Below, one piece after another: positions 27,853 to 37,335 of a stretch of 64,000 nt of DNA. The number at the start of each line of letters is the position of its first letter. Within the stretch, counting starts at the first letter, position 1. A model generated the notes under the pieces. That model was not told the DNA's origin, did no database searches, and saw only the letters and a program-made list of their open reading frames with translations. Origin of the DNA: an uncultured Candidatus Rokubacteria bacterium (GTDB lineage: Bacteria; Methylomirabilota; Methylomirabilia; Rokubacteriales; DASRDR01); NCBI GenBank assembly GCA_963805625.1, contig CAWDVE010000019.1, positions 512,001 through 576,000 on the forward strand, in the 5' to 3' direction. Both the position numbers and the translations under genes were made by a program.

Positions 27853-29421
27853 GTGACGACACCGACGAGGGGACCTGCGGTAACCGGGGCCGCGAGTCCT
27901 GCCGGGACCCAGGCTCTCGCGGCGCGCCGGGGCGCCGCCGGCGGAGACGTCTATCGGCCGCTCGGCCGCACCGGCCTGATGGTGTGCCGTCTCGGCTTCG
28001 GCGGCTACCGGGTCAACGACGAGACCCCCGTGCACCGGAGCGCGCTCGAGCGGGCGCTGGCGGGCGGCGTGAACCTCGTCGACACCTCGACGAACTACAC
28101 CGACGGCGGCAGCGAGCGGCTGGCGGGGCGCGTCGTCGGCGACGCGATCCGGAGGGGACGCATCGCGCGCGAGGAGATCGTCGTCGTCTCGAAGATCGGC
28201 TACGTGCAAGGGGAGAACCTCGCCCTCACCCAGGCGCGCGAGACCGCCGGACGCCCGTTCCCCGAGATGGTGCACTACCAGCCGGGCTGCTGGCATTGCG
28301 TGCACCCAGAGTTCCTCGAGGACCAGCTGGCGCGGTCGCTCGACCGCCTGGGCCTCGAGACGCTCGACGTCTGCCTGCTCCACAACCCCGAGTACTTCCT
28401 CTCCGCCGCGGCCCACAACGGCGGGGGGAAGCTCGAAGGGGTCCGGGACGAGTTCTATCGCCGCCTCGCCGTGGCGTTTCGCTTCCTCGAGGAGCGCGTG
28501 GCGGCGGGGACGCTCGGGTGGTACGGCGTGTCGTCGAACACGGTCACGCACTCCGTGGAGGACCCGGAGGCCACCAGTCTCACCCGGATGCTGGCCGCCG
28601 CCGAGGAGGCGGGTGGCTCCGGCCACCACTTCGGAGTCCTCCAGCTCCCGATGAACCTCTTCGAGGCGGGCGGCATCCTCGAGCCGAACAACCCGCCGGA
28701 CGCGCCGACTGCTTCGCAGCGCACCGTGCTCGAGCTCGCGTCGGCGGAGCGGATCGGCGTCCTGGTCAATCGGCCGCTCAACGCCGTCGTGGGGCGCGGG
28801 ATGGTGCGGCTGGCGGACTTCGCCGTGGCGCCGGCCAGCGCCGTCGATCGCCAGCTGGAGGCCGTCCGGAGGCTGGAGGCCGAGTACCGGAAGGAGATCG
28901 CCGCGCATCTTCGCGTGGGCCCGGACAGCGACAAGCCCGAGAACTTCCTTCGCTGGGCGGATCAGCTCGCCAGCGTCCGGGAGCGCGTTGCGAGCGTGAC
29001 GTACTGGGAGCAGATCGAGTGGCAGGTACGGGGTCTCACGACGCGAGTGGTTGGCGCCCTCGACGCGGGGATCGCGGGAGAGGTCGCCGGCAGGTGGCGC
29101 GCGTGGCGCGATCGCTATCTGCCCGAGCTCGATCGGCTGCTCGATGGGTTCCGGGCGGAGGCGGGCGGCCGGAGCGGGGAGCAGAGCCGGGCCATCGCCG
29201 CCGCTGTCGACCCGCTGCTCCCGCCGGAGCGACGGGGGGCCACGCTCTCGCAGAAGACCCTCTGGACGCTCGCCAGCACGCCCGGGGTCACCACGGTCCT
29301 CGTCGGGATGCGGCGACCGGCGTACGTGGAGGACGCGACAGGCGTCCTCGGCTGGCCGTCCCTCGCCGACCCGCGCCCGGTTTACGAAGCGCTCCGCGGC
29401 CTTCGCCTGCCCGGCGTCTGA
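27853..29421 (+). CDS. aldo/keto reductase with helical insertion
   Basis: YRPLGRTGL, LGFG, VDTSTNY, VSKIG, LLHNPE, VLVGMRRP. AGGAGG RBS before GTG 27853. Confidence 0.85.
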   Translation: MTTPTRGPAVTGAASPAGTQALAARRGAAGGDVYRPLGRTGLMVCRLGFGGYRVNDETPVHRSALERALAGGVNLVDTSTNYTDGGSERLAGRVVGDAIRRGRIAREEIVVVSKIGYVQGENLALTQARETAGRPFPEMVHYQPGCWHCVHPEFLEDQLARSLDRLGLETLDVCLLHNPEYFLSAAAHNGGGKLEGVRDEFYRRLAVAFRFLEERVAAGTLGWYGVSSNTVTHSVEDPEATSLTRMLAAAEEAGGSGHHFGVLQLPMNLFEAGGILEPNNPPDAPTASQRTVLELASAERIGVLVNRPLNAVVGRGMVRLADFAVAPASAVDRQLEAVRRLEAEYRKEIAAHLRVGPDSDKPENFLRWADQLASVRERVASVTYWEQIEWQVRGLTTRVVGALDAGIAGEVAGRWRAWRDRYLPELDRLLDGFRAEAGGRSGEQSRAIAAAVDPLLPPERRGATLSQKTLWTLASTPGVTTVLVGMRRPAYVEDATGVLGWPSLADPRPVYEALRGLRLPGV

Positions 29422-29443
29422 CGGCCGCCGTCGCGGGCGCGCG

Positions 29444-30394
29444 TCAGCGCGGGAGGGCACGCTCCAGACGAGGGCGAACCTCCGTGGCGAAGCGGGTCAT
29501 CGACTCCTCGTCGTAGGGGGCGGGGAAGCCGGCGAGCAGGTGGCGGTAGCCGGGTCCGATCTCCAGGTAGGGACGGATCGCCTCGGCGACCTCGTCGGGC
29601 GTGCCGACGGGCTGGTTGGTCCAGAGCGGGGCTCGCCCGTTGGCCTCGAACAGCTTCTCGAACACACGTTGTGCCTCGGCGCGCGTGTCGCGGATCACCA
29701 CGGCTCCCACGACGGTTGTGCGCTCGATCTCGCGGTGATCGCGGCCTACCGTGCGGCAGTGCTCTTGGAGGATCGCCTCCTTCCGGCGCACCGTGTCGAT
29801 GCCTCCGCCGATGTTGCACGCATCCCCGTAGCGCGCGACCAGCTTGAGGGTCACCTTCTCGCCGCCGCCTCCGATCAGGAGGGGGAGCCGCGTCTGCACG
29901 GGCGCGGGCAGGTTCCGGACCGACTCGGCGTGATAGCGGACGCCTGCGGCTGATGGTGTCTCGCCGCGGAGCATGGCGCGGATCACGGGCAGCGCCTCTC
30001 CGAGCCAGCGGAGCCGCTCGGGGGCGCCCGAGCCGAAAGGCAGCCCGTAGGCGGCGTGCTCGTCTGCGTGCCATGCCGCCCCGATACCGAGGATCGCGCG
30101 GCCGCCCGAGATGTGGTCGAGAGTGGTCGCCATCTTCGCGGTCAGCGTCGGCTCGCGGAACGTGTTGGCCGCGACCATGAGTCCGATGCGGATGCGCGTG
30201 GTCGCCTGCGCCCATGCGGCGAGCGTCATCCAGCCCTCGAGGATCGGCCCGTTCGAGTCGCCCACGATGGGGTAGAGATGGTCCCACGTCCAGAGCGACT
30301 CGTAGCCGAGGCGGTCCGCCCGCTGCCCGGCCTCGAGGAGCGCCGGCCAGTGTGTGTACTGGTTCCAGCAGAGGGCGCCGATTCTGAGGGTCAT
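29444..30394 (-). CDS. LLM-class (probably F420-dependent) oxidoreductase
   Basis: WTWDH, LEGWMTLAAWA, TLDHISGGR, IGGGGEKVTL. Confidence 0.85.
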   Translation of the reverse strand: MTLRIGALCWNQYTHWPALLEAGQRADRLGYESLWTWDHLYPIVGDSNGPILEGWMTLAAWAQATTRIRIGLMVAANTFREPTLTAKMATTLDHISGGRAILGIGAAWHADEHAAYGLPFGSGAPERLRWLGEALPVIRAMLRGETPSAAGVRYHAESVRNLPAPVQTRLPLLIGGGGEKVTLKLVARYGDACNIGGGIDTVRRKEAILQEHCRTVGRDHREIERTTVVGAVVIRDTRAEAQRVFEKLFEANGRAPLWTNQPVGTPDEVAEAIRPYLEIGPGYRHLLAGFPAPYDEESMTRFATEVRPRLERALPR

Positions 30395-31464
30395 GGAAGG
30401 CCTCCCGGGAGCCCGAATGCTTCGGCAAGGAGCTCGTAGGAGCGGAGCCGCGCCTTCGGGTCGTGGGTGATGGTGACGACGACCAGCTCGTCGACGCCGT
30501 AGTCGGCTGACAGGGCGAGCAGACGGGCGCGCACCTGCTCGGGCGTGCCGGCCACCGTGCGCCGGCGCGCGTGCTCCACGATGGCGCGCTCACGCGGTGA
30601 GTACGGGTAGCGCTCCGCTTCCTCGACGGACGGGTAGGGGCCGGCCCGTCCGGTGTAAAGACGGACGATGAACAGGTCGCGGCTCCGTGAGAGGCGCTCG
30701 GCCTCCGCCTCGGTGTCCGCGCACACGGCGAAGACCGCGGCGCTGGCCCGCGCCGCGCGGAGGCTGGGCGAGGGCCGGAACGCCCGGACGTACGCGCGCG
30801 TCACCGCCGCCCCGCCGTCCGCGTTGATGAAGTGGGCGAACGAGAATGCCGTGCCGAAGTGGGCGGCGCAGGCCGCGCTCGCGTCGGTCGAGCCGAGGAG
30901 CCAGATCTCGGGGGTGCCCAGACCGGCTGGCATCGCGCGCACGCTGGCGAACCGGTGATCGGGCGGCAGCCTGTCCGTCAGGAAGCCGATGAGATCGCCG
31001 ACTTGCTCGGGAAAGCGCGAGACCTCGCTCTCCGCCCACGGGTCGGGGACGCCAGGGCCGGCGGGCGCCTCGGCGCCACGGCGGAGGGCGAGCGCGGCAC
31101 GCGCGTCGCTCCCTGGCGCGCGTCCGATCCCGAGATCGATGCGTCCCGGGTGGAGCGTCTCGAGCATCCGGAACTGCTCGGCCACCTTGAGCGGGCTGTA
31201 GTGAGTGAGCATGACGCCGCCCGACCCCACGCGGATCCGGCGTGTCCCGGCCGCGACCGCGGCGATGAGGATCTCGGGGGCCGCGTCGGCGAGTCCGGGC
31301 GTGGAGTGATGCTCGGCGAGCCAGTAGCGGTGGTAGCCGAGCCGGTCGGCGGCCTGTGCGAGGTCGAGGGTCTCCCGGATCGCCTCCCCCGGGGTCTGTC
31401 CTTCCCGGACCGGTGACTGGTCCAGGACGCTCAGGCGGAGGCTGGTTGGCTCGTCGCCGGCCAC
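30391..31464 (-). CDS. LLM-class flavin-dependent oxidoreductase (luciferase-like, YhbW type)
   Basis: LSVLDQSP, YWLAEHH, GSGGVML, RIDLGIGRAPG, FAHFIN. Confidence 0.9.
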   Translation of the reverse strand: MAGDEPTSLRLSVLDQSPVREGQTPGEAIRETLDLAQAADRLGYHRYWLAEHHSTPGLADAAPEILIAAVAAGTRRIRVGSGGVMLTHYSPLKVAEQFRMLETLHPGRIDLGIGRAPGSDARAALALRRGAEAPAGPGVPDPWAESEVSRFPEQVGDLIGFLTDRLPPDHRFASVRAMPAGLGTPEIWLLGSTDASAACAAHFGTAFSFAHFINADGGAAVTRAYVRAFRPSPSLRAARASAAVFAVCADTEAEAERLSRSRDLFIVRLYTGRAGPYPSVEEAERYPYSPRERAIVEHARRRTVAGTPEQVRARLLALSADYGVDELVVVTITHDPKARLRSYELLAEAFGLPGGLP

Positions 31465-31539
31465 ACGAACAGTCTAGCGCGACCCCGCCCGATCGTCCTG
31501 GCCCGCGCCGAGGAGCCCGAGCGAACGCGACGGGACTTG

Positions 31540-31983
31540 CTACGGCTGGCGGGGGCGTTCGAACTCCAGATCGATGGCCTTCAGACGCTCGACCAGCCGA
31601 TCGAGCTCGGCCGTGCGTGCGACGTACGCGCCGAGGGCGATCCGGAGGGCGCGGGCATCCGCGGCATACTGACTGGTCGGATAGTCACGCAGCAGCCGGT
31701 CGAGGTGCGCCGCGGCCTGACGGTACTCGCGCCTGCCGTTCGCGGTGAGCACGAGCGCCCGCGCCAAGTTGTAGAGAGCCTGATCGTGAATGGAAGCGTC
31801 GGGGAATCGTCGCACCACGTCTTCGAGGGTACGGACGGCCGCTGACGGGTTCCCGCCCCGCAGCTGGGCATCGCCCTCGCGAACGAGCCTGTCCGCTTCC
31901 AGCGAGGATGTCAGACGTGTCCAGGCTGCCGTGCTGCAGGCCGAGAGCGCCATCAGCGCCACCAGCAGTATCAGGCGCCTCAT
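31540..31983 (-). CDS. TPR-containing lipoprotein (QseG/BamD-like)
   Basis: Lipobox LSAC; TPR helices ending in FP/YP; C-terminal ERLKAIDLE. Confidence 0.7.
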   Translation of the reverse strand: MRRLILLVALMALSACSTAAWTRLTSSLEADRLVREGDAQLRGGNPSAAVRTLEDVVRRFPDASIHDQALYNLARALVLTANGRREYRQAAAHLDRLLRDYPTSQYAADARALRIALGAYVARTAELDRLVERLKAIDLEFERPRQP

Positions 31984-33395
31984 GACTCGGGCCCCTCCAC
32001 GGGAAGCGTGAACGCGAAGCAGCTGCCGTGCCCCTCCTGGGACTCGACCCAGACCCGCCCTCCGTGGGCCAGGACGAAGCCTTTCACGATCGCGAGGCCT
32101 AGGCCCGTTCCGCCCCGCTCCGTGTGAGCCTGCTCGTAGCGCTCGAAGACGGTCGTCTGGAGATTGGCCGGGATGCCGATCCCGGTATCGGAGACCTTCA
32201 CCACGACATCGTGATCGACGACCTCGGCGTGGAGGGTGATCAGCCCGGCGGCCTTGCTAAACTTCACCGCGTTCGCCAGGAGGTTCACCAGGACCTGGTG
32301 AATCCGTTTCGCGTCCAGGACGAGCTTCGGGATCGAGTCCGACACCGTGACCTCCAGATGCAGGCTGCGGTCCTCGGCCCACGGCCGGATCTCGTCCACC
32401 GCGTCCTGGATCAGGGAGGCCACGTCGGTGGGATCGAGGTCGAGCTGGAGCTTGCCGGTCTTGAGCTTGCCCAGATCGAGGAGCTGGTTCACCAGGCTCA
32501 GGAGACGGGCCGTGTTCATCCGGATGTTCTCGACGAGCGACGCCTGACGGTCGCCCAGCACGCCCGGCGCTCCCTTCCCGAGCCGCTCGGCCGACCAGTC
32601 GATGACCGTGAGCGGTGTCCGCAGGTCATGGGTGATCGCCGAGAAGAGGTGCTGCTTGAGGGTGTCGAGCTCCCGGAGCCGCGCTGCCATGCGGTTGAAG
32701 CCGCTCGTCAGCTCGGCGATCTCGTCACTCCCGCGGACGGGGATGGGCTCGGAGACCTTCCGTCGCTCGACGTCCCACGCTGCGGCTCGGAGCTCCCGCA
32801 GGGGGCGGGCGATCCTCAGGCTCGCGAACAGAGCGATTGCGAGGGACACCGCCAGGCTGGTGACGATCGCGAGGAGCGCCACGAGCCGGCTCTGCTCCTC
32901 GAGGCGTCCCACCACGGCTCCGCGCTGGCGCAGCTCAGTGCTGGATTGCCCGTAGAGTCGCTGGACCAGCGTCTCGAGCTGCACCGCAGCCTGCTCGACA
33001 CCCGCTTTCTCGGCCGGTGGACGCTCGCCAACCATCCGGTAGCGGCGAAGCTGCTCGGCTGCGCCCGCAAGCGTCTGGCGCTCCTCCGGTGTCGAGACCA
33101 GGTCGCCCAGGGTGGACAGGTCGCCCTCGATTGCGCGAGCGCGCTCGGCGAAGAGCCGCACGTAGGCGGCGTCGCGGAGGACCACGTGGCGCGCCTCCAG
33201 GCGGCGAAGCGCGGCGACTCCCTCCAGAAGGCCGACCTCCAGTCGAACCGCGGGCAGCGCGCGCTCGATGATGGCGCGGTTCTCGGCCGTCAGCCGTCTC
33301 GTCGTGAGGAGGCTCCACCCGGCGAGGGACAGTACCACCCCCGTGAGCAGGGCGAAGGCCAGGAAGAGCTTGTGGCTCAATCTGAGTGCTGGCAC
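31980..33395 (-). CDS. HAMP-domain sensor histidine kinase (GlrK/QseE-like)
   Basis: Two TM helices, HAMP, THDLRTPL H-box, NLLANAVKF, DTGIGI, GTGLGL. Confidence 0.88.
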   Translation of the reverse strand: MPALRLSHKLFLAFALLTGVVLSLAGWSLLTTRRLTAENRAIIERALPAVRLEVGLLEGVAALRRLEARHVVLRDAAYVRLFAERARAIEGDLSTLGDLVSTPEERQTLAGAAEQLRRYRMVGERPPAEKAGVEQAAVQLETLVQRLYGQSSTELRQRGAVVGRLEEQSRLVALLAIVTSLAVSLAIALFASLRIARPLRELRAAAWDVERRKVSEPIPVRGSDEIAELTSGFNRMAARLRELDTLKQHLFSAITHDLRTPLTVIDWSAERLGKGAPGVLGDRQASLVENIRMNTARLLSLVNQLLDLGKLKTGKLQLDLDPTDVASLIQDAVDEIRPWAEDRSLHLEVTVSDSIPKLVLDAKRIHQVLVNLLANAVKFSKAAGLITLHAEVVDHDVVVKVSDTGIGIPANLQTTVFERYEQAHTERGGTGLGLAIVKGFVLAHGGRVWVESQEGHGSCFAFTLPVEGPES

Positions 33396-33421
33396 CGGAC
33401 GGAGCCCTCCTGCACTCCACT

Positions 33422-33437
33422 TACAAGCCGGATGCCA
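33422..33437 (-). promoter_or_regulatory. possible sigma-54 promoter for the kinase-lipoprotein pair
   Basis: Minus strand TGGCAT-CCGGC-TTGTA (GT rather than GC at -12). Confidence 0.35.
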
Positions 33438-33715
33438 GATGGCACCGGTATCTTGTGGGCCAGGAAGTCTTGGTCTCTCGCGGGGTTCGGCGCCAGGGAC
33501 ACTCGACGCTGGTACCTGCGCCGGCCGCCGGGGGGGTCTCTCCTGACGAAATACGGGAAGCGGCTGGCCCGAATGCGACCGGTATCATTGTCGGGGGGCT
33601 CGGTAGGAGTCGCCACAGGAGAAACCGGGGCGTCCCAGGGCCCAGGCTCTCGGGGCCATGGGTCCGGATGCTAGACTTCGTGGAGGGCCCGCGCCGTCGC
33701 GCGGTCCGGTACGCC

Positions 33716-34948
33716 ATGAGGAGCCGCGAGACCCAGACCGCACGGTCGTTCCGCGCGTCAGGAGGCCTCCCTGGGGCCCTCCGAGCCGATCCACGCACAG
33801 GGACGTTCTGGATCCGGCAGGCGGTCCTTCTCCTCGGGCTGGCTCTAGCCCTTTTGACGATCCCCGTCAGCTCCCTGGCTCAGGGAGGCGCGATCCTCCG
33901 GATCCTCGACCGTGCGTCCCTCCTCGATGACGGCGATCCGGACTCGCTCCGCACGGCGGTGGCGCAGAGCCTCGCCTGGCTCGACCGGCAGCCGGGCGGA
34001 CGCTGGCTCGCGTTCGGCCCGCGCCGCGTGACGGCCGGAGAGTACGCAGCGGGGCTGCGCCGGCTGCTCATGCTGCTCGCCGGGAATCCACCTCCGGAGA
34101 TGCTCGAGGAGCGTGTCCTCGCCGAGTTCGACGTGCTGTCGGCCATCGGGCGGGCCGACGGCGCGGTCCTCCTGACCGGATACCACGAGCCCGTGGTCGA
34201 CGCCTCGGACCGGCCGAGCCCCCAGTACCCCGTCCCGGTTCTCGGGCTGCCGGCGGGCTTCACCGGCGGCTGGCGATATCCCCGCTTCCTGAGCCGGGCG
34301 GAGATCGAAGCCGGCCGGCTCGGAGCGGCGGCCCGGCCTCTTGCGTGGGCCCGCGACCCGGTCGACGTCTTCTTCATGGAAGTGGAGGGGAGCGGCACCC
34401 TCCGCTTCCCGGACGGGCGCCAGATGCGCATCGGCCCCGCGGCCACCAACGGTCACCCGTACCGGTCGATCGGGCGCCTCCTCATCGACGAGGGGCGACT
34501 TACCGAGGAGACCGTTTCCATGGACGCGATCCGCTCGTGGCTCGTGGAGAATCCGTCGGAGCGCGCCCGCGTCCTCCGGTACAACCAGTCCGTCGTCTTC
34601 TTCAGGCGGCTCGAGGGGCCTCCTCTCGGGAGCCTCGGCGTGCCGCTCACCCCGGCCCGCTCCATCGCCACGGACGCGCGGCTGTTCCCGGCCGGTGGGC
34701 TTGCATTCGTCCGGACAGAGCGCCCGTTGCGGCTTTCCGACGGACGGGTAGGCTGGAGCCCGGTCAGTCGATTCGTCCTCAACCAGGACACGGGCGGAGC
34801 CATCCGCGGCCCGGGGCGCGTCGATCTGTTCTGGGGGCGCGGCGACGATGCCGAGCTGGCGGCCAGCCAGATGAAGCAGCTCGGCGAGCTGTACTTCCTC
34901 GTGCCCAAGCCCTCTCGCCGGGTCGTCGCGGCTCCCGCCCAGCCCTGA
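33716..34948 (+). CDS. mltA: membrane-bound lytic murein transglycosylase A (copy 1)
   Basis: LTGYHEP, FFMEVEGSG, NGHPYRSIG, QDTGGAIRGPGRVDLFWG. Start uncertain. Confidence 0.88.
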   Translation: MRSRETQTARSFRASGGLPGALRADPRTGTFWIRQAVLLLGLALALLTIPVSSLAQGGAILRILDRASLLDDGDPDSLRTAVAQSLAWLDRQPGGRWLAFGPRRVTAGEYAAGLRRLLMLLAGNPPPEMLEERVLAEFDVLSAIGRADGAVLLTGYHEPVVDASDRPSPQYPVPVLGLPAGFTGGWRYPRFLSRAEIEAGRLGAAARPLAWARDPVDVFFMEVEGSGTLRFPDGRQMRIGPAATNGHPYRSIGRLLIDEGRLTEETVSMDAIRSWLVENPSERARVLRYNQSVVFFRRLEGPPLGSLGVPLTPARSIATDARLFPAGGLAFVRTERPLRLSDGRVGWSPVSRFVLNQDTGGAIRGPGRVDLFWGRGDDAELAASQMKQLGELYFLVPKPSRRVVAAPAQP

Positions 34949-35041
34949 GGAGTCGGCGACCGGCCCGCGGTACAATCGCGACGCGAGGCGCCGCGGGGAG
35001 CTGGCCCGTGACTGACGGCCCGCCCGAGGAGACTGCGTCCC

Positions 35042-35554
35042 ATGACGACACGAAGTAACCTCGACGAGGCGGAGCAGGCAGCCGTCGCGACGGCGGAGCG
35101 GCTCGGCGTGCCGCTCGAGCTGATCCCGTGCGATCCGGCATACGCGGATACCGCGGCCTTCTGTGCGCACTACGGGTACCCGGTCGAGCGGGCTGCGAAC
35201 ACGCTCGTCGTCGCCTCGAAGAAGGAGCCCAAGCAGTACGCGGCGTGCGTGGTCCTCGCCACGACCCGGCTCGACGTCAACCACGCGGTTCGCGACCTGC
35301 TAGGAGCGGCGAAGTGCTCGTTCGCCTCGTCGGAGGAGATGAGCGCGCTGACGGGCATGAAGGTCGGCGGCGTGACTGCCTTCGGGCTCCCCGAGGGCCT
35401 GCCGCTCTACGTCGACGCGCGAGTGCTGGATCTCGACTGGGTCATCCTCGGCACCGGAGGCCGGAACGGCAAGATCCGCATCACCCCCGAGGTGTTTCAC
35501 CGGATCCCCGGCGTCAAGATCGTGGAGGGGCTCGCGGTGGCCCAGCGGAGCTGA
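35042..35554 (+). CDS. YbaK/ProX aminoacyl-tRNA editing domain protein
   Basis: ANTLVV, SFAS, LTGMKVGGVTAFGL, LGTGGR. Confidence 0.8.
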   Translation: MTTRSNLDEAEQAAVATAERLGVPLELIPCDPAYADTAAFCAHYGYPVERAANTLVVASKKEPKQYAACVVLATTRLDVNHAVRDLLGAAKCSFASSEEMSALTGMKVGGVTAFGLPEGLPLYVDARVLDLDWVILGTGGRNGKIRITPEVFHRIPGVKIVEGLAVAQRS

Positions 35555-35558
35555 GGGC

Positions 35559-35843
35559 GTGGCGGGCGCAGCGGGCATCGTGATCGTCGTGGGCCGCGAT
35601 CAGAGGGAGCTCTACGAGTACTTCCGGTGGGGCTTCGGCCAGACGGCCGGCGTGGAGGTCGTCCTCGACCGCCGGCTCGGAGAGCGCCGCGGCCGTCGGA
35701 ACGGTCACGGGCCGCCGGACGACCGCCGAAAGTCCGATCGGCGGCGGGCCGCCGCCACGCGAGCCGAGCTCCTCGCGCGCGGCTTCCTGATCGCCCGGCG
35801 CGATCCCCGCGCCGGGGCACGGGACTGGGGGACGCTCCGATGA
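35559..35843 (+). CDS. small hypothetical protein with repeated DRR/ERR motifs
   Basis: IVIVVGRDQRELYEYF...VEVVLDRRLGERR...DDRRKSDRR...ARGFLI. Confidence 0.65.
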   Translation: MAGAAGIVIVVGRDQRELYEYFRWGFGQTAGVEVVLDRRLGERRGRRNGHGPPDDRRKSDRRRAAATRAELLARGFLIARRDPRAGARDWGTLR

Positions 35844-35941
35844 GCCCACAGGCCACCACAGACCGAAGGCCGTGCAATCGCCGTTCGATCGACTCCCGCA
35901 GAGCCCCACAGGCGGAAGGCCGTCCAAGGATAGCCCGATGA
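35840..35941 (+). repeat. 102-bp dispersed intergenic element, copy A (33-codon mini-ORF)
   Basis: 84/102 nt identical by manual alignment to 63186-63287 (-); internal repeat of consensus CCACAGGCCGAAGGCCGTCCAA; flanked by direct repeat CCGATGAGC (35837-35845, 35935-35943). Confidence 0.85.
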
Positions 35942-37335
35942 GCGACGTCGAGCTCGGGTTCCTCGGAATCGCGGAGCTCGGCCCCCGGCTGGCTGCCCGG
36001 TCGCTCTCGCCCGTCGAGCTCTGCCAGGCGCTGCTCCGGCGCTGTCAGCACCTCGAGCCCACGCTGAACGCGTTCATCACGCTGGACGCCGAGCGCATCC
36101 TGGCCGAGGCGCGCGTCGCCGAGCGAGAGCTCTCGGCCGGTCGCCCCCGGGGTCCGCTCCATGGCGTACCGGTGGCCGTCAAGGATCTCTGCTGGACGCG
36201 AGGCGAGCGCACGACCGGGGGCTCCAAGGTCTTCTCGGGTTTCGTGCCCGAGGAGGACGCGAGCGTCGTGGCCCGGCTCAGGGAAGCCGGCGCGATCGTC
36301 TTCGGAAAGACCAACACGCCCGAGTTCGCGTACGGTCCGCTGAACGCGTATCACTACGGACCGTCCCGGAACCCCTGGGATCCGGCGCGGTTCACCGGCG
36401 GCTCCAGCATGGGCGCGGCGGCAGCCCTGGCCGGTGGCCTGGCTCCGGGTGCGCTCGGGAGCGACACGGGCGGGTCCATCCGCGGTCCCGCACACTGGTC
36501 GGGGGTCACGGGGCTCATGCCGACGTACGGGCGTGTCCCGCTCCGCGGAGTCGTCGCGCTGGCGACGACTCTCGATCACGTGGGTCCGATGACCCGCTCG
36601 GCGCTCGACGCGGCCCTCCTCCTGCAGGTTCTCGCCGGCCACGACCCGCTCGACTCGACATCGGTGGACGTACCCGTTCCGGACTACGCTCGCGAGACCA
36701 CGCGGTCGGTGCGCCGCCTCCGGGTGGGAGTTCCCCGCGGGTACCTCTGGGATCTCGTCGCGCCCGCGATCGGAACCGCGGTCGAGGTGGCGCTCGACGA
36801 GCTCCGGCGGCTCGGACTCTCGACCGAGGACGTGGAGATTCCGGAATGGGAGGCGGCGGCCGACGCGAGCCTCGTCCTCATCCGCTCGGAGGCCGCGACC
36901 GAGTACCGGCGGGTCCTGATGGAGCGTCCCCAGGATTTGATTCCCGAGGTGCGGGAGCGCCTCGAGGCCGGCGTGCGGACGTCGGCGGTCGAGTACATCG
37001 AAGCGCGCCGCGCGGCGGACCGCTGCGCTCACGCCCTCCGCCGGCTCTTCGCCCGGGTCGATCTCCTGGCTCTCCCCGGGCGTGCCCAGACGGCACCCAA
37101 GATGGACCCGAGCGGGCGCCTGCTGGAGCCCCTGTCGCCGCGAAACTACACCGCGCCGCTGAACTATCCGGGCGTGCCGGCTCTAACCGTCCCGTGCGGC
37201 TTCGACGCGGAGGGCCTCCCCATCGGAATCCAGCTGGTCGGAAGCCACTGGGCTGAGAGCACCCTCTTGAACGTGGCGCACGCCTATCAGCAGGCGACCG
37301 ACTGGCACCGGCGCCGGCCGCCGCTCTGCGTGTGA
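35938..37335 (+). CDS. amidase-signature family enzyme (GatA-like)
   Basis: GPLHGVPVAVKDL, GKTNTPEFA, GGSSMG, GSDTGGSIRGPA, GLPIGIQL. Confidence 0.9.
   Translation: MSDVELGFLGIAELGPRLAARSLSPVELCQALLRRCQHLEPTLNAFITLDAERILAEARVAERELSAGRPRGPLHGVPVAVKDLCWTRGERTTGGSKVFSGFVPEEDASVVARLREAGAIVFGKTNTPEFAYGPLNAYHYGPSRNPWDPARFTGGSSMGAAAALAGGLAPGALGSDTGGSIRGPAHWSGVTGLMPTYGRVPLRGVVALATTLDHVGPMTRSALDAALLLQVLAGHDPLDSTSVDVPVPDYARETTRSVRRLRVGVPRGYLWDLVAPAIGTAVEVALDELRRLGLSTEDVEIPEWEAAADASLVLIRSEAATEYRRVLMERPQDLIPEVRERLEAGVRTSAVEYIEARRAADRCAHALRRLFARVDLLALPGRAQTAPKMDPSGRLLEPLSPRNYTAPLNYPGVPALTVPCGFDAEGLPIGIQLVGSHWAESTLLNVAHAYQQATDWHRRRPPLCV

Noticed and set aside
35845-35930. Repeat units as a mini CRISPR array
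   Set aside because: Only 2-3 degenerate ~22-nt units, the spacers are homologous between the two loci, and no cas genes are present.
35872-35937. Shared N-terminal extension QSP...SPTG.RPSK.SP on the amidase and NagZ ORFs, as a possible targeting peptide
   Set aside because: It is another reading frame of the 102-bp DNA repeat; family homology of both enzymes starts at the downstream ATG.
35938-37335. gatA of the GatCAB amidotransferase
   Set aside because: No gatC or gatB adjacent; generic amidase-signature protein.
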